Translations under genes and position numbers: made by a program
NCBI GenBank assembly: GCA_903874955.1
Contig: CAIQTY010000037.1
Location: 5,397 to 69,396 of the forward strand
DNA from: an uncultured Alphaproteobacteria bacterium
GTDB taxonomy: Bacteria; Pseudomonadota; Alphaproteobacteria; Paracaedibacterales; CAITNM01
Direction: 5' to 3'
DNA: 64,000 nt
The notes under the pieces: generated by a model
Told to the model about the DNA's origin: nothing
Database searches by the model: none
Seen by the model: only the letters and a program-made list of their open reading frames with translations
Part shown: positions 18,680 to 26,996 of the stretch, one piece after another
Numbering within the stretch: position 1 is the stretch's first letter
Layout of the letters: each line of letters begins with the position of its first letter

Positions 18680-18982
18680 ATGCCAAAACCAGCGACATTT
18701 ATGGGTGCCATGCACGTTTGCCCGATGGTGACTATGGTGGGAATCGTGCCTGTCCCCCATGTGGGCGGGCCTGTAATGGGGACTGCCGCTACAGTTTTGG
18801 TAGCGGGTCCTCCTGCTGTGAATATCGGCGATATGGGTATTTGCGTGGGCCCACCGGATTCAGTTGCTTTGGCAAGCGTTACGGTTATGGCGCAAGGAAA
18901 GCCAATGGCACGTATGGGGGATTTGTCAGGTCATGGCGGTACGATTGTATTGGGAATGCCAACGATTATTGTTGGTGATTAG
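18680..18982 (+). CDS. PAAR-domain protein (contractile-injection spike tip), stand-alone 100 aa
   Basis: Repeated PAAR-like strands: HVCPMV...HVGGPV, TVLVAGPPAVNIGDMGIC, TVMAQGKPMARMGDLSGHGGTIVLGMPTIIVGD. There is no extension domain. Confidence 0.75.
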   Translation: MPKPATFMGAMHVCPMVTMVGIVPVPHVGGPVMGTAATVLVAGPPAVNIGDMGICVGPPDSVALASVTVMAQGKPMARMGDLSGHGGTIVLGMPTIIVGD

Positions 18983-19474
18983 TTTATGCTGCCTAAAATT
19001 TTACTTATCCTACTAGGTTCGGAATCACCATTCCAAGGCAGTTTCCTCACGGTTTGATCCAGATTGATTTGGGTAGGTGCCCAAGCAAAACTATAGAATC
19101 TATAGTCTCCCTCTGACTTGATTAAAGAGTCCAATCAAAGGAATCTAACGTGTGACCAGGCAAGCCAGAGTAAAACTCGTGTAGCTGCGAATATTTTTCA
19201 AGTTTTTTTGGAGTATATAATCTCGAACTGAGGTGGATTTAATCTACAGCAGGTAGTGTTTAATTATCTTTTTTCTGAAATTTTGTTATTTTTTTAAATA
19301 GTTTTCTGAATTTCTACGTATTTAAATGATGGTTTACCTAAATTTTCCATCTTTAACTTGGTCTTTTTTGATTTTACTTTACTATTTAAATAATTTATTA
19401 ATTTTTCTCTGGTAATATATATCTCTTTTTGGTACTTTAAATCGCAAATCAAATTATTGATATTAGGGCTAATT

Positions 19475-21547
19475 ATGATCAAATTTCGTTCATTGCTATT
19501 TTTATTGTTGTTTTCTTTGGGGGTATTATTGCAGGCTGCAGCTGTAGCTGCACCTACACCTTCAACAGGTGATTATAATTATGATGACTTGCGTCATCGG
19601 CTTGAAAACACATCGGGGCCAGATGCTTTAGATGCATTTGTTGAATTTTGTGGAAGAAGAATAATTGCTGTTCCTCAGGAATACGACTTTTCAATTGATC
19701 GTGAAAATCAATATAAATTGAGTGAACAATGCCAGATAGCATGTACGATTAGGTCCGCCAGGATTGCTTTTATCCGATTAGCCGATGATCAACTTTCTCG
19801 ATTATTAGTTGATTCTAAATATAACGAATTTCTATCAAGTGCACTTGGTTTTAGTTTTATTCACGGATGGATATTGGCACGATCAGAAGCAGTAATTACC
19901 CCCTATTACGTTGGTAAGTACTTTAGCTATGAAAAAATGTATCAGGGGTTAATTGCTCAAGTTGAATCTGGAAATATTAAAACACGTTTTAATGACTTGT
20001 TGTGTGATGGTATTGTAAGTATAAATGCTGCCAATGAGGTAAGAGAGCTCGGATACTTTTTTGACTACGTAATCCCCTTGCATTACGCGATTGAGAAGGC
20101 AAAAGAAGCACCTGTTACATCATCAGTAACGACGGCAGCGCCAACAATACAAAAATTTAATCCCGCACTTTCAATGAGGAGAATTATTCAAGATGCAACT
20201 GACTTCCGCTTGAATTGGGGTGTGAAAACTGAGCGTAATCCTTTTGTGTTTGACTCAAAAAGTGAGGTGAAGAAAAAAAAAGCGAGTTTTACTACTAGCA
20301 CAAAAAAATCGACATGGGGAAGCTATGCTAAAGCAGCTTTTGTTGTTGGTGCTATTGCTATTGCTGGTCTTCGTGCCTATACGGTCCGTGATTGCATAGG
20401 GAGAGCACCTTATTTTAACCAAGGAAATGAAACTATAGGTTTATTCGATTTTACAAGTCCTTCTGCAGCTTATTGTTTAGTGAATCCAAGTGCTTATCCG
20501 AATCAAGAATGGATGCCAATAATTCAAAGTTCAGCTAATAGCACTAACGCCTCTTCCCAGTTTTCTGGTAATGGAGCTGTTGGTGGCGTTGGATCTGTGG
20601 ACGATACGGATAACGAGGAAGGTGAAGAAGGTGATAAGACCTCAGTTGATGAAGAAGAATATGAACATGGATCTTCAAACTCAACAACTTTCCAAGGTTC
20701 TACAGAACTAATGTTACATTCAGCCAATGAGAAAGCACTAGTACTTTTTAACGGTACAGCAATAGCTCACAAAGATGACGAATTTTCTGTGATTTTGCGA
20801 CCTAAAGATGAGTTTATTTCACTTTTTCAAATCTTGGGATGTTTTAGTCGCAAATATCAATCAGACTTATATCCAAAACATTTTAGAAATGATGTGTTCG
20901 ATCATATATTCCAAGAAGGATATAACGAAACATATCAACAAAATTTTATAGATAGTTTTGACGATAACCAAAGAAAAGTATTGATTTCTGCTGGTCAACA
21001 GTTAAATTGTGGGCAAATTCGTGGAATATATCTCAAAAATATAAAATATGGAACACTTTTAGGTCCACAAAGGCAAACTTACGAACGGTTAAAGCTAGTA
21101 TTATCTCAAAAACAGAAAGAAAAAATTTCTTCACTAAGACTACGAGAATATGATGAACTGGATGATGATGAAAAATTATTTTTATTGTTAACAGGGGTAA
21201 TAGACGGATCTAAATCATCAGTAGTACAAAGAATCTTTACTCGCAATGGATGGGCACCAATGCAGCAAATAAATATACTCGAATTATCCAGCAAAGGACA
21301 ATTTAACGATCAACTTTTAGGTTATTTATTAAATTTACTTGATGGAGGAGCAATAGAAATTGGTCAGAAATACGATCCTACAACTCGAAAGAAAATCCAT
21401 TGTATAAAAGCTCAGGTTTCTCCAACGGAATATAATTTAATATACATAGACCCTTTGACTAAACAACCCAAGACCGATCGCTATAATAATAGGGGCTTTA
21501 TTCCACCGGAAAATAATTATTTTCTCACCATAAATACAACAAACTAG
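19475..21547 (+). CDS. orphan membrane/secreted protein (~690 aa)
   Basis: ATG at 19475 gives MIKFRSLLFLLLFSLGVLLQAAAVAAP. There is an internal TM segment (AAFVVGAIAIAGLRAY) and an acidic patch DDTDNEEGEEGDKTSVDEEEYEHG. I recognise no family. Confidence 0.6.
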   Translation: MIKFRSLLFLLLFSLGVLLQAAAVAAPTPSTGDYNYDDLRHRLENTSGPDALDAFVEFCGRRIIAVPQEYDFSIDRENQYKLSEQCQIACTIRSARIAFIRLADDQLSRLLVDSKYNEFLSSALGFSFIHGWILARSEAVITPYYVGKYFSYEKMYQGLIAQVESGNIKTRFNDLLCDGIVSINAANEVRELGYFFDYVIPLHYAIEKAKEAPVTSSVTTAAPTIQKFNPALSMRRIIQDATDFRLNWGVKTERNPFVFDSKSEVKKKKASFTTSTKKSTWGSYAKAAFVVGAIAIAGLRAYTVRDCIGRAPYFNQGNETIGLFDFTSPSAAYCLVNPSAYPNQEWMPIIQSSANSTNASSQFSGNGAVGGVGSVDDTDNEEGEEGDKTSVDEEEYEHGSSNSTTFQGSTELMLHSANEKALVLFNGTAIAHKDDEFSVILRPKDEFISLFQILGCFSRKYQSDLYPKHFRNDVFDHIFQEGYNETYQQNFIDSFDDNQRKVLISAGQQLNCGQIRGIYLKNIKYGTLLGPQRQTYERLKLVLSQKQKEKISSLRLREYDELDDDEKLFLLLTGVIDGSKSSVVQRIFTRNGWAPMQQINILELSSKGQFNDQLLGYLLNLLDGGAIEIGQKYDPTTRKKIHCIKAQVSPTEYNLIYIDPLTKQPKTDRYNNRGFIPPENNYFLTINTTN

Positions 21548-21602
21548 GCCGTTTAAATCTTTAACACTTTTTAAAAAGGCATTTTTCAGGTAGGGTAAGT
21601 TT

Positions 21603-22508
21603 ATGATTATCGGTCACGATCTAGCGTATTCGAACCTGGAAACAGCCCTTGAAAACGGCAGTCACCATGGGTTTTTATTGAGTGGGCCCAAAGGGGTCGG
21701 CAAAGCCTTATTAGCCCAGCGGCTTGCCTTATCAGCGCTTGCCAAAGCAAGTCCCTTTCCGGCGAAAATGGTTAAGCAGCAGTGCGAAGCTGGGGCTTAC
21801 CCTAATTATTTTTATATCACTCAACTTAGCGACGATGACGGCAAACTTAAAAACGATATTAGTGTTGAACAAATTCGCACCCTTTTAAACAGTCTAAAAC
21901 AAAAAGCTGCCATCGCAGGGCCCAGAATTATTATTATTGATTCGGTTGATAAGTTGAACCGGCAAGCGGCGAATTCTCTGTTGAAAATGCTAGAGGAACC
22001 GCCACTAAATACATTCTTTTTAGGCATCTGCCATACTATAGGCAGCATTTTGCCAACTATTCGCTCGCGGTGTTTAACGGTTAATTTGAAGCCCTTGTCC
22101 GATAGCGATATGGCTACAGTTATTAATCAAAAAGGCTTGAACGTAGAACACGATATTCTTCAATTGAGCATGGGCTCCCCAGGAAATTACCTAAAAATTC
22201 TTCAGGCAGGGGGAAGCCAAACTCTATCAGCATTGCAGAGACTGATAATCCAAACGAACTTGAGCGATTTAAAAACAGCTATTCATGAGCTTTTAAAAAA
22301 TACTGATGATAGTTTTTTAGGCCATTTGCTGCATCAATTTTTATACCAAAAAGCCTTACAAGAACCCGAGACATTTGCCCATTCAGCGCAATCTGTTGAG
22401 CGCTTTTTACGCTATAGTGATAATACCCACCTTGATGGGGCGCACCGGCTTCAAGCTGCGATACTTTTAGCGCAAAATCCTGAGCAAGAAAGACTCGTTT
22501 ATGGCTAA
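21603..22508 (+). CDS. holB: DNA polymerase III subunit delta prime
   Basis: HHGFLLSGPKGVGKALLAQRLA (degenerate Walker A), IIIIDSVDKLNRQAANSLLKMLEEPP and SRC motif (TIRSRC). Confidence 0.8.
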   Translation: MIIGHDLAYSNLETALENGSHHGFLLSGPKGVGKALLAQRLALSALAKASPFPAKMVKQQCEAGAYPNYFYITQLSDDDGKLKNDISVEQIRTLLNSLKQKAAIAGPRIIIIDSVDKLNRQAANSLLKMLEEPPLNTFFLGICHTIGSILPTIRSRCLTVNLKPLSDSDMATVINQKGLNVEHDILQLSMGSPGNYLKILQAGGSQTLSALQRLIIQTNLSDLKTAIHELLKNTDDSFLGHLLHQFLYQKALQEPETFAHSAQSVERFLRYSDNTHLDGAHRLQAAILLAQNPEQERLVYG

Positions 22509-22833
22509 TGCCCTCGGCATTTTTTTAGCCGGTGGGCTAGGGTGCCTAAGTCGTTATTTAGTTATGGTCTACTTTACGCCGCTTTTAGGATTTCCAGTTA
22601 CCCTTATTGTCAATGTTGTTGGCGGATTTTTTGCAGGATTCGTTGCATCGAAATTACCCCAATTGAAACCGTTGTTTTTAGCGGGTTTCCTTGGTGGCTT
22701 TACAACTTTTTCGGCGTTTTCCCTGGATTGCCTAGCAATGATCCAAAATCAAGAATTTTTAAGTGCTGTCTTGTATATTCTAGCCAGTGTCTTTTTAAGC
22801 CTTGCGGCAGCGTGGCTTGGCTGGGTGGTTTAA
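22501..22833 (+). CDS. crcB: fluoride channel CrcB/FluC
   Basis: 110 aa with 4 TM segments and GGLGCLSRY...GFLGGFTTFSAF motifs. The start overlaps the holB stop (ATGGCTAA). Confidence 0.85.
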   Translation: MANALGIFLAGGLGCLSRYLVMVYFTPLLGFPVTLIVNVVGGFFAGFVASKLPQLKPLFLAGFLGGFTTFSAFSLDCLAMIQNQEFLSAVLYILASVFLSLAAAWLGWVV

Positions 22834-22835
22834 TA

Positions 22836-22862
22836 GGCACCATAATTGTTTATTATGGTGCC
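22836..22862. terminator. bidirectional hairpin between crcB and the patatin gene
   Basis: GGCACCATAA-ttgttta-TTATGGTGCC is a perfect 10-bp stem. A T7 run follows 7 nt later on the plus strand. Confidence 0.55.
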
Positions 22863-22874
22863 AGGAGTGTTTTT

Positions 22875-24041
22875 TTATTTTTTAAGCATTTTAATCATGT
22901 CAGGAATGATGTTTTTGTTAGTTTTTAAGTATTCAATTGTCGATTGCTCTAAGGCATTTAAGTCTACCCCCAAAAAAGCTTTTGGATTTGCAATAACTGG
23001 TGCAAAACGTATGAAGTTGTTCCCCATAGCCGCAGATAGCGCTTGGCTAATATCAGCCTCATAAGGATCAATATCCAGATTCAATAAATGCGTTACTATA
23101 TCAAGATACGTAAAAAATTCCTTGCTAGCGGAAACACAAAAATTTGATCCTTTTGCAATACCATTTCCAAGGGATAGCAGTCTAAATTCTTTCGCGTCTG
23201 GGTATAATTCTCTTGCTTTAATGAGGGCATTAAAGGCTGGGTTAATATCTAACGTTGCTCCGTCGATACAGAGGTATTCAGCCCCTCCACTATTTAAAGG
23301 TGAAAGAAGTCTAGGAGGAAATACAAATGGAAACGCTGTACTTGATAAAACGACATCGGTTGTTTTATAGGTATTTTGGGTGTCTTTGCTTGAAATTACT
23401 CTTGTTTTCAAATTTTTTATATCGAATACACAAGCAGCTCTTGGCATAGTGGTATGATCGTAGGTCGAATTTCCAAAGTACGAGTTGTATAGTTCTTCTG
23501 GTCCTTTTGGATCAAAAAGGGAAGGAAGTAGTCGAAATTTTGAAAAAATCTTGCCGCTTTCCTTTTTTTTAATCTCTAGGTATTCACTAGGTGTAAAAAT
23601 AGGCTTCGAAGAATCTGAGAGGCTTGGTTGAGTTAAAACGGCTATATCAAGGCAGCCTGCTGATGCGCCGACGGCGAGATCAAATATTTCATGGATAGGT
23701 TTGCCCATTCTGTCTTCAAGCTGACTTAAGGCAACCAATTCACAAATACCACCAGATGTTCCCCCATCAAATGACAAGACATTCACTATATCTTTATTTC
23801 CGCAGCCTGCTTGCATATACATACCTCTGGGCATATGTAGAGCAGATGATCCAGAAATTGCAGAAGCAGCAAAGAATATAGTTGTTAAAACATTTGGTCT
23901 TTTAGCAACGCGAGTATATTGAGTGCTTTCTTGTTCAATCGTTGTTTTATTTGCTGCAATCAAATTAGGTGTTTGAAAGGCGGTTACAAAAAATGCAAGC
24001 GATAGTGTGGTGATGATTTTTGATATTTTAAAATTAAACAT
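22875..24041 (-). CDS. patatin-like phospholipase with signal peptide
   Basis: Oxyanion-hole region SFDGGTSGG, nucleophile elbow GASAG and catalytic Asp motif IDGATLDINP. The N-terminus is MFNFKISKIITTLSLAFFVTAF. Confidence 0.8.
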   Translation of the reverse strand: MFNFKISKIITTLSLAFFVTAFQTPNLIAANKTTIEQESTQYTRVAKRPNVLTTIFFAASAISGSSALHMPRGMYMQAGCGNKDIVNVLSFDGGTSGGICELVALSQLEDRMGKPIHEIFDLAVGASAGCLDIAVLTQPSLSDSSKPIFTPSEYLEIKKKESGKIFSKFRLLPSLFDPKGPEELYNSYFGNSTYDHTTMPRAACVFDIKNLKTRVISSKDTQNTYKTTDVVLSSTAFPFVFPPRLLSPLNSGGAEYLCIDGATLDINPAFNALIKARELYPDAKEFRLLSLGNGIAKGSNFCVSASKEFFTYLDIVTHLLNLDIDPYEADISQALSAAMGNNFIRFAPVIANPKAFLGVDLNALEQSTIEYLKTNKNIIPDMIKMLKK

Positions 24042-24118
24042 TTTTATCCTCTAATTAAGTTTCTCTAATTAGATTTAAAACATTAATTATTTAAGGATTA
24101 GTTAATCGGTCTTTTCAT

Positions 24119-24886
24119 TTAAAATAGGTATATGCTGTAGGTAAAAAGCTTCTCAAAACCAAATTTTTGGTAAACATTAAGTCCATCTGATGATGCATCA
24201 AGAAAGCAATGATTGAAACCTTTGGCTTTTACTAAATTAATGGCAAATTGCACCATTTGAGAACCATAACCAAGTCGCTGATATGTCTCGTGGGTGGCGA
24301 CATTATCAATGCGGACTGTATCATTCAAATACGTTAGCGTAATTGCCGATACTGGTTGACCATCTTGGCTTCCCAGGAAGTGCTGTATATTTACATTTCT
24401 CGACTGTGCTCTGTCCAGGGCTTTTCTGTATTGGTTAGTCGTTATTTCCGTTCCGCCAAATCCACTTTTTAAAACTTGAAACCAACCATCTTTATCGGTA
24501 TCTGCTGATTGAATAATCAGGGGAACTGATGGGGAAGTTTCAATATTTTTTATAGATTCTAAATTTAAGTGCATCGCTGTGGAGGATTCATCAAAAACTA
24601 AGCGGTGATTGGCTAGAGCCTTTTGTAGTTCTGGTGTTTCAATGTGGTTAGGAACGGCATATACCCAGTTAGGGACAGCGTTTTCCTTAAAAAAATTCTT
24701 AAGGTCACTGATTAGTTGTTCGTAATTTTGGTGAGCTTGCCTCTGTAAAAAACCATTAAACTTAGCTTCGTCAATACCATCAATATAAGCTATTGAACCA
24801 TTTTCAAACTCGCGTTCGAGTATGCTGATACCATTTGAGAAATAGCTCTCAAGCTTGAAGAAGCTTTGTTGGTGTTCAAGGCTCAT
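24119..24886 (-). CDS. GNAT-family N-acetyltransferase
   Basis: The C-terminal domain has VRIDNVATHETYQRLGYGSQMV (acetyl-CoA-binding Q/R-x-x-G-x-G/A) and ...YQKFGFEKL. Start is uncertain (24886 or 24934). Confidence 0.7.
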   Translation of the reverse strand: MSLEHQQSFFKLESYFSNGISILEREFENGSIAYIDGIDEAKFNGFLQRQAHQNYEQLISDLKNFFKENAVPNWVYAVPNHIETPELQKALANHRLVFDESSTAMHLNLESIKNIETSPSVPLIIQSADTDKDGWFQVLKSGFGGTEITTNQYRKALDRAQSRNVNIQHFLGSQDGQPVSAITLTYLNDTVRIDNVATHETYQRLGYGSQMVQFAINLVKAKGFNHCFLDASSDGLNVYQKFGFEKLFTYSIYLF

Positions 24887-25322
24887 GGAGACTCGTATTT
24901 TCCCAAAGGATTTTTGCTCTTTCTTCAAAAGCACTGATCATTTTACCAGCAGCATTATCTAAGAGCTTTCCAACCGTTGCTTGCAGCAAAACTGATTTTA
25001 ATTTGAAATCAAGGGTGAAATTCACTAAACAGCGTTTGTTTTCATATGCTGTGAAATTCCAGCGGGTTTCAAGAAACTCAAAAGTATTATCGGCTTTGGC
25101 TTTAGCCTCTACAGCATCGTCAAATATAAAAACTTCTGATCTGTAGGTTTTTTCAAAGACGGAATGACCAATGGTTAAGTCGGCTTCAAAAAATGTCTCG
25201 GTCTTTGGGTAAATGGCAACAGCCTTTAACATAGGCACAAATGCAGGATACTGCTCAACATCAGCAACGATGGTTTTTAAGAAATAAGCCGGGTACGGTA
25301 AGACTTTAGATGTTTGAAACAT
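24876..25322 (-). CDS. SRPBCC/START-fold protein of the RatA / COQ10 (ubiquinone-binding) family
   Basis: 148 aa beginning ...[20 protein letters not shown].... It sits immediately downstream of lipA, as is common in alphaproteobacteria. Confidence 0.65.
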   Translation of the reverse strand: MFQTSKVLPYPAYFLKTIVADVEQYPAFVPMLKAVAIYPKTETFFEADLTIGHSVFEKTYRSEVFIFDDAVEAKAKADNTFEFLETRWNFTAYENKRCLVNFTLDFKLKSVLLQATVGKLLDNAAGKMISAFEERAKILWENTSLHEP

Positions 25323-26214
25323 GGGGTGTTACCATCGCTTTTCTGGCAGCTTGTAAGCGCATAAAATCGTCCCCAGCATGGTAAGATGAGCGTGTGAGCG
25401 GTGATGCTGCAATAAGCAAAAAGCCTTTTGCGCGGCCACGGCTTGCATATTCTTCAAATTGCTGAGGGGTAATAAAATCCATAACGTCATGGTGTTTAGG
25501 GGTTGGCTGTAAATATTGACCGATGGTCATAAAGTCGACATTCGCCGAACGTAAATCATCCATGACTTGGAAAATTTCGTGTTTTTCCTCTCCGAGTCCA
25601 ACCATTACACCTGATTTGGTAAAGATGGTTTCGTCGAGTTTTTTAACCGTATCGAGTAAACGCAAGGAATTAAAATAGCGAGCTCCTGGGCGCACTGTTG
25701 CATAGAGACGGGGGACGGTTTCAAGATTGTGATTAAACACATCTGGTTTAGCTCTAACGACAGTTTCTATGGCACCTTCTTTGCGCAAAAAATCTGGCGT
25801 TAGCACTTCAATTGTTGTACTAGGCGATTTTAGGCGAATTTCTTGAATTACTTGCGCAAAATGTTCTGCGCCTCCGTCTTCTAAATCATCTCTATCAACA
25901 GACGTAATAACCACATGAGAGAGATTCATTTTCTTAACGGCAAGGCCAACCCGTTCTGGTTCGTGGGGGTCAAGTAAATCTGGAAGACCGGTTTTAACAT
26001 TGCAAAATCTGCAAGATCTTGTGCAGACATCTCCTAATATCATGAAGGTAGCGTGACGTTTTGCCCAACATTCTCCAATATTTGGACAGGCTGCCTCTTC
26101 GCAAACTGTATGAAGTTTATGCTCGTTTACAAGAGTTTTTGTTTCAAAATATTCTTTTGAAATAGGTGCCTTGACTTTAATCCAATCAGGTTTTTTACGC
26201 TGGGCGGATTCCAC
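25306..26214 (-). CDS. lipA: lipoyl synthase
   Basis: [12 protein letters not shown] auxiliary cluster and [10 protein letters not shown] radical-SAM CxxxCxxC motif. The whole length is LipA-like. Confidence 0.95.
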   Translation of the reverse strand: MESAQRKKPDWIKVKAPISKEYFETKTLVNEHKLHTVCEEAACPNIGECWAKRHATFMILGDVCTRSCRFCNVKTGLPDLLDPHEPERVGLAVKKMNLSHVVITSVDRDDLEDGGAEHFAQVIQEIRLKSPSTTIEVLTPDFLRKEGAIETVVRAKPDVFNHNLETVPRLYATVRPGARYFNSLRLLDTVKKLDETIFTKSGVMVGLGEEKHEIFQVMDDLRSANVDFMTIGQYLQPTPKHHDVMDFITPQQFEEYASRGRAKGFLLIAASPLTRSSYHAGDDFMRLQAARKAMVTPHVSNI

Positions 26215-26222
26215 GTTGATCC

Positions 26223-26723
26223 TTATTTTTCGTTTGTTCTAATATTTCTGGCTTCTCGTAAAATAATGTTTTCTAATTCTCTAGAGGCTTTATTATCAAT
26301 GCCAACATCATACCAGCTGCCATTTTTTTGAGCCTGCTTGTATACGCTAACCTCTAACGCATTAGAGCGCAACTCCTTATCCTTGATTCGTACTTGGATT
26401 TTAAGTCTGTCTTTAGCAGCGGCGGATTGATACCAATCGGTAACCAAAATACCCCCAGGTCCATCTGAGGAAACTAAAGGGGCAAACTTGAGCGTGTTCA
26501 AACTAGCCTGCCATAAATAGCGATTTACAACTTGCCCACCTTGGTCTCGGGTGCGGCCCGTAACTTTTTCTGAACCTAGCACAAGTCCTTCTGGTCCAGC
26601 TAAAGAACCAAACCCAAGTTTTACTTTATCTTCTCTAGACTTTGGGGCTTCTGCTGTTTGCTGGGTGTTCGAGCAAGAAGCTAAAAGTACGCATAAAAAT
26701 ATATTTAAAATTTTAAAAGACAT
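26223..26723 (-). CDS. lipoprotein, DUF3576-like
   Basis: Lipobox LLASC followed by [31 protein letters not shown]...RLKIQVRI, the pattern I associate with DUF3576. Confidence 0.55.
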   Translation of the reverse strand: MSFKILNIFLCVLLASCSNTQQTAEAPKSREDKVKLGFGSLAGPEGLVLGSEKVTGRTRDQGGQVVNRYLWQASLNTLKFAPLVSSDGPGGILVTDWYQSAAAKDRLKIQVRIKDKELRSNALEVSVYKQAQKNGSWYDVGIDNKASRELENIILREARNIRTNEK

Positions 26724-26996
26724 TTGAAATTAAAATCTAAAATGGTAATGGAATATAGCTTATTTTTAGAAATTTTTCGAGTGATTCTTTCGTGAAAAAA
26801 TTAAAATTAAGAGTGAAATATTAATCAGTTTTTAATTTTATTTATTCAGAATGAAAAGATATCAAAGGTGAAATAAATCAAAATGAAATTTACAAACCCA
26901 ATTTTTATTATAATAAAAGGTTTGTCTGCTATGTGACGATTTCCATAGCTAAGTTCTATTTTGCCTAACTTCACCGAAAAAATATCGGAGTAAGTT

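Noticed and set aside
18718-18978. 86-aa ORF in a second frame of the PAAR gene
   Set aside because: This is an alternative frame of a GC-richer gene. The product (…RACPPCGRACNGDCRYSFGSGSSCCEYRRYGY…) has no support, whereas the annotated frame gives a clean PAAR pattern.
19011-19210. Possible SRP RNA, tmRNA or 6S RNA in the GC-rich spacer (for example CCAAGGCAG resembles part of 4.5S RNA domain IV)
   Set aside because: The complementary conserved strand and GNRA tetraloop are not at the required distance. There is no tRNA-like acceptor/T-arm and no tag-peptide frame. The region is retained only as an unclassified candidate ncRNA in the findings.
19294-19482. 62-aa antisense ORF just upstream of the 696-aa gene
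   Set aside because: It has an AT-rich, Lys/Asn/Ile-dominated product, overlaps the likely promoter and start region of the 19475 gene, and has no RBS or motif.
22440-22510. Expected fluoride riboswitch upstream of crcB
   Set aside because: The crcB start overlaps the holB stop codon, so there is no leader in which a crcB-motif riboswitch could sit.
22542-22928. 128-aa ORF overlapping crcB in another frame
   Set aside because: The crcB frame has the canonical CrcB motifs. The overlapping frame runs through the terminator hairpin and has no recognisable features.
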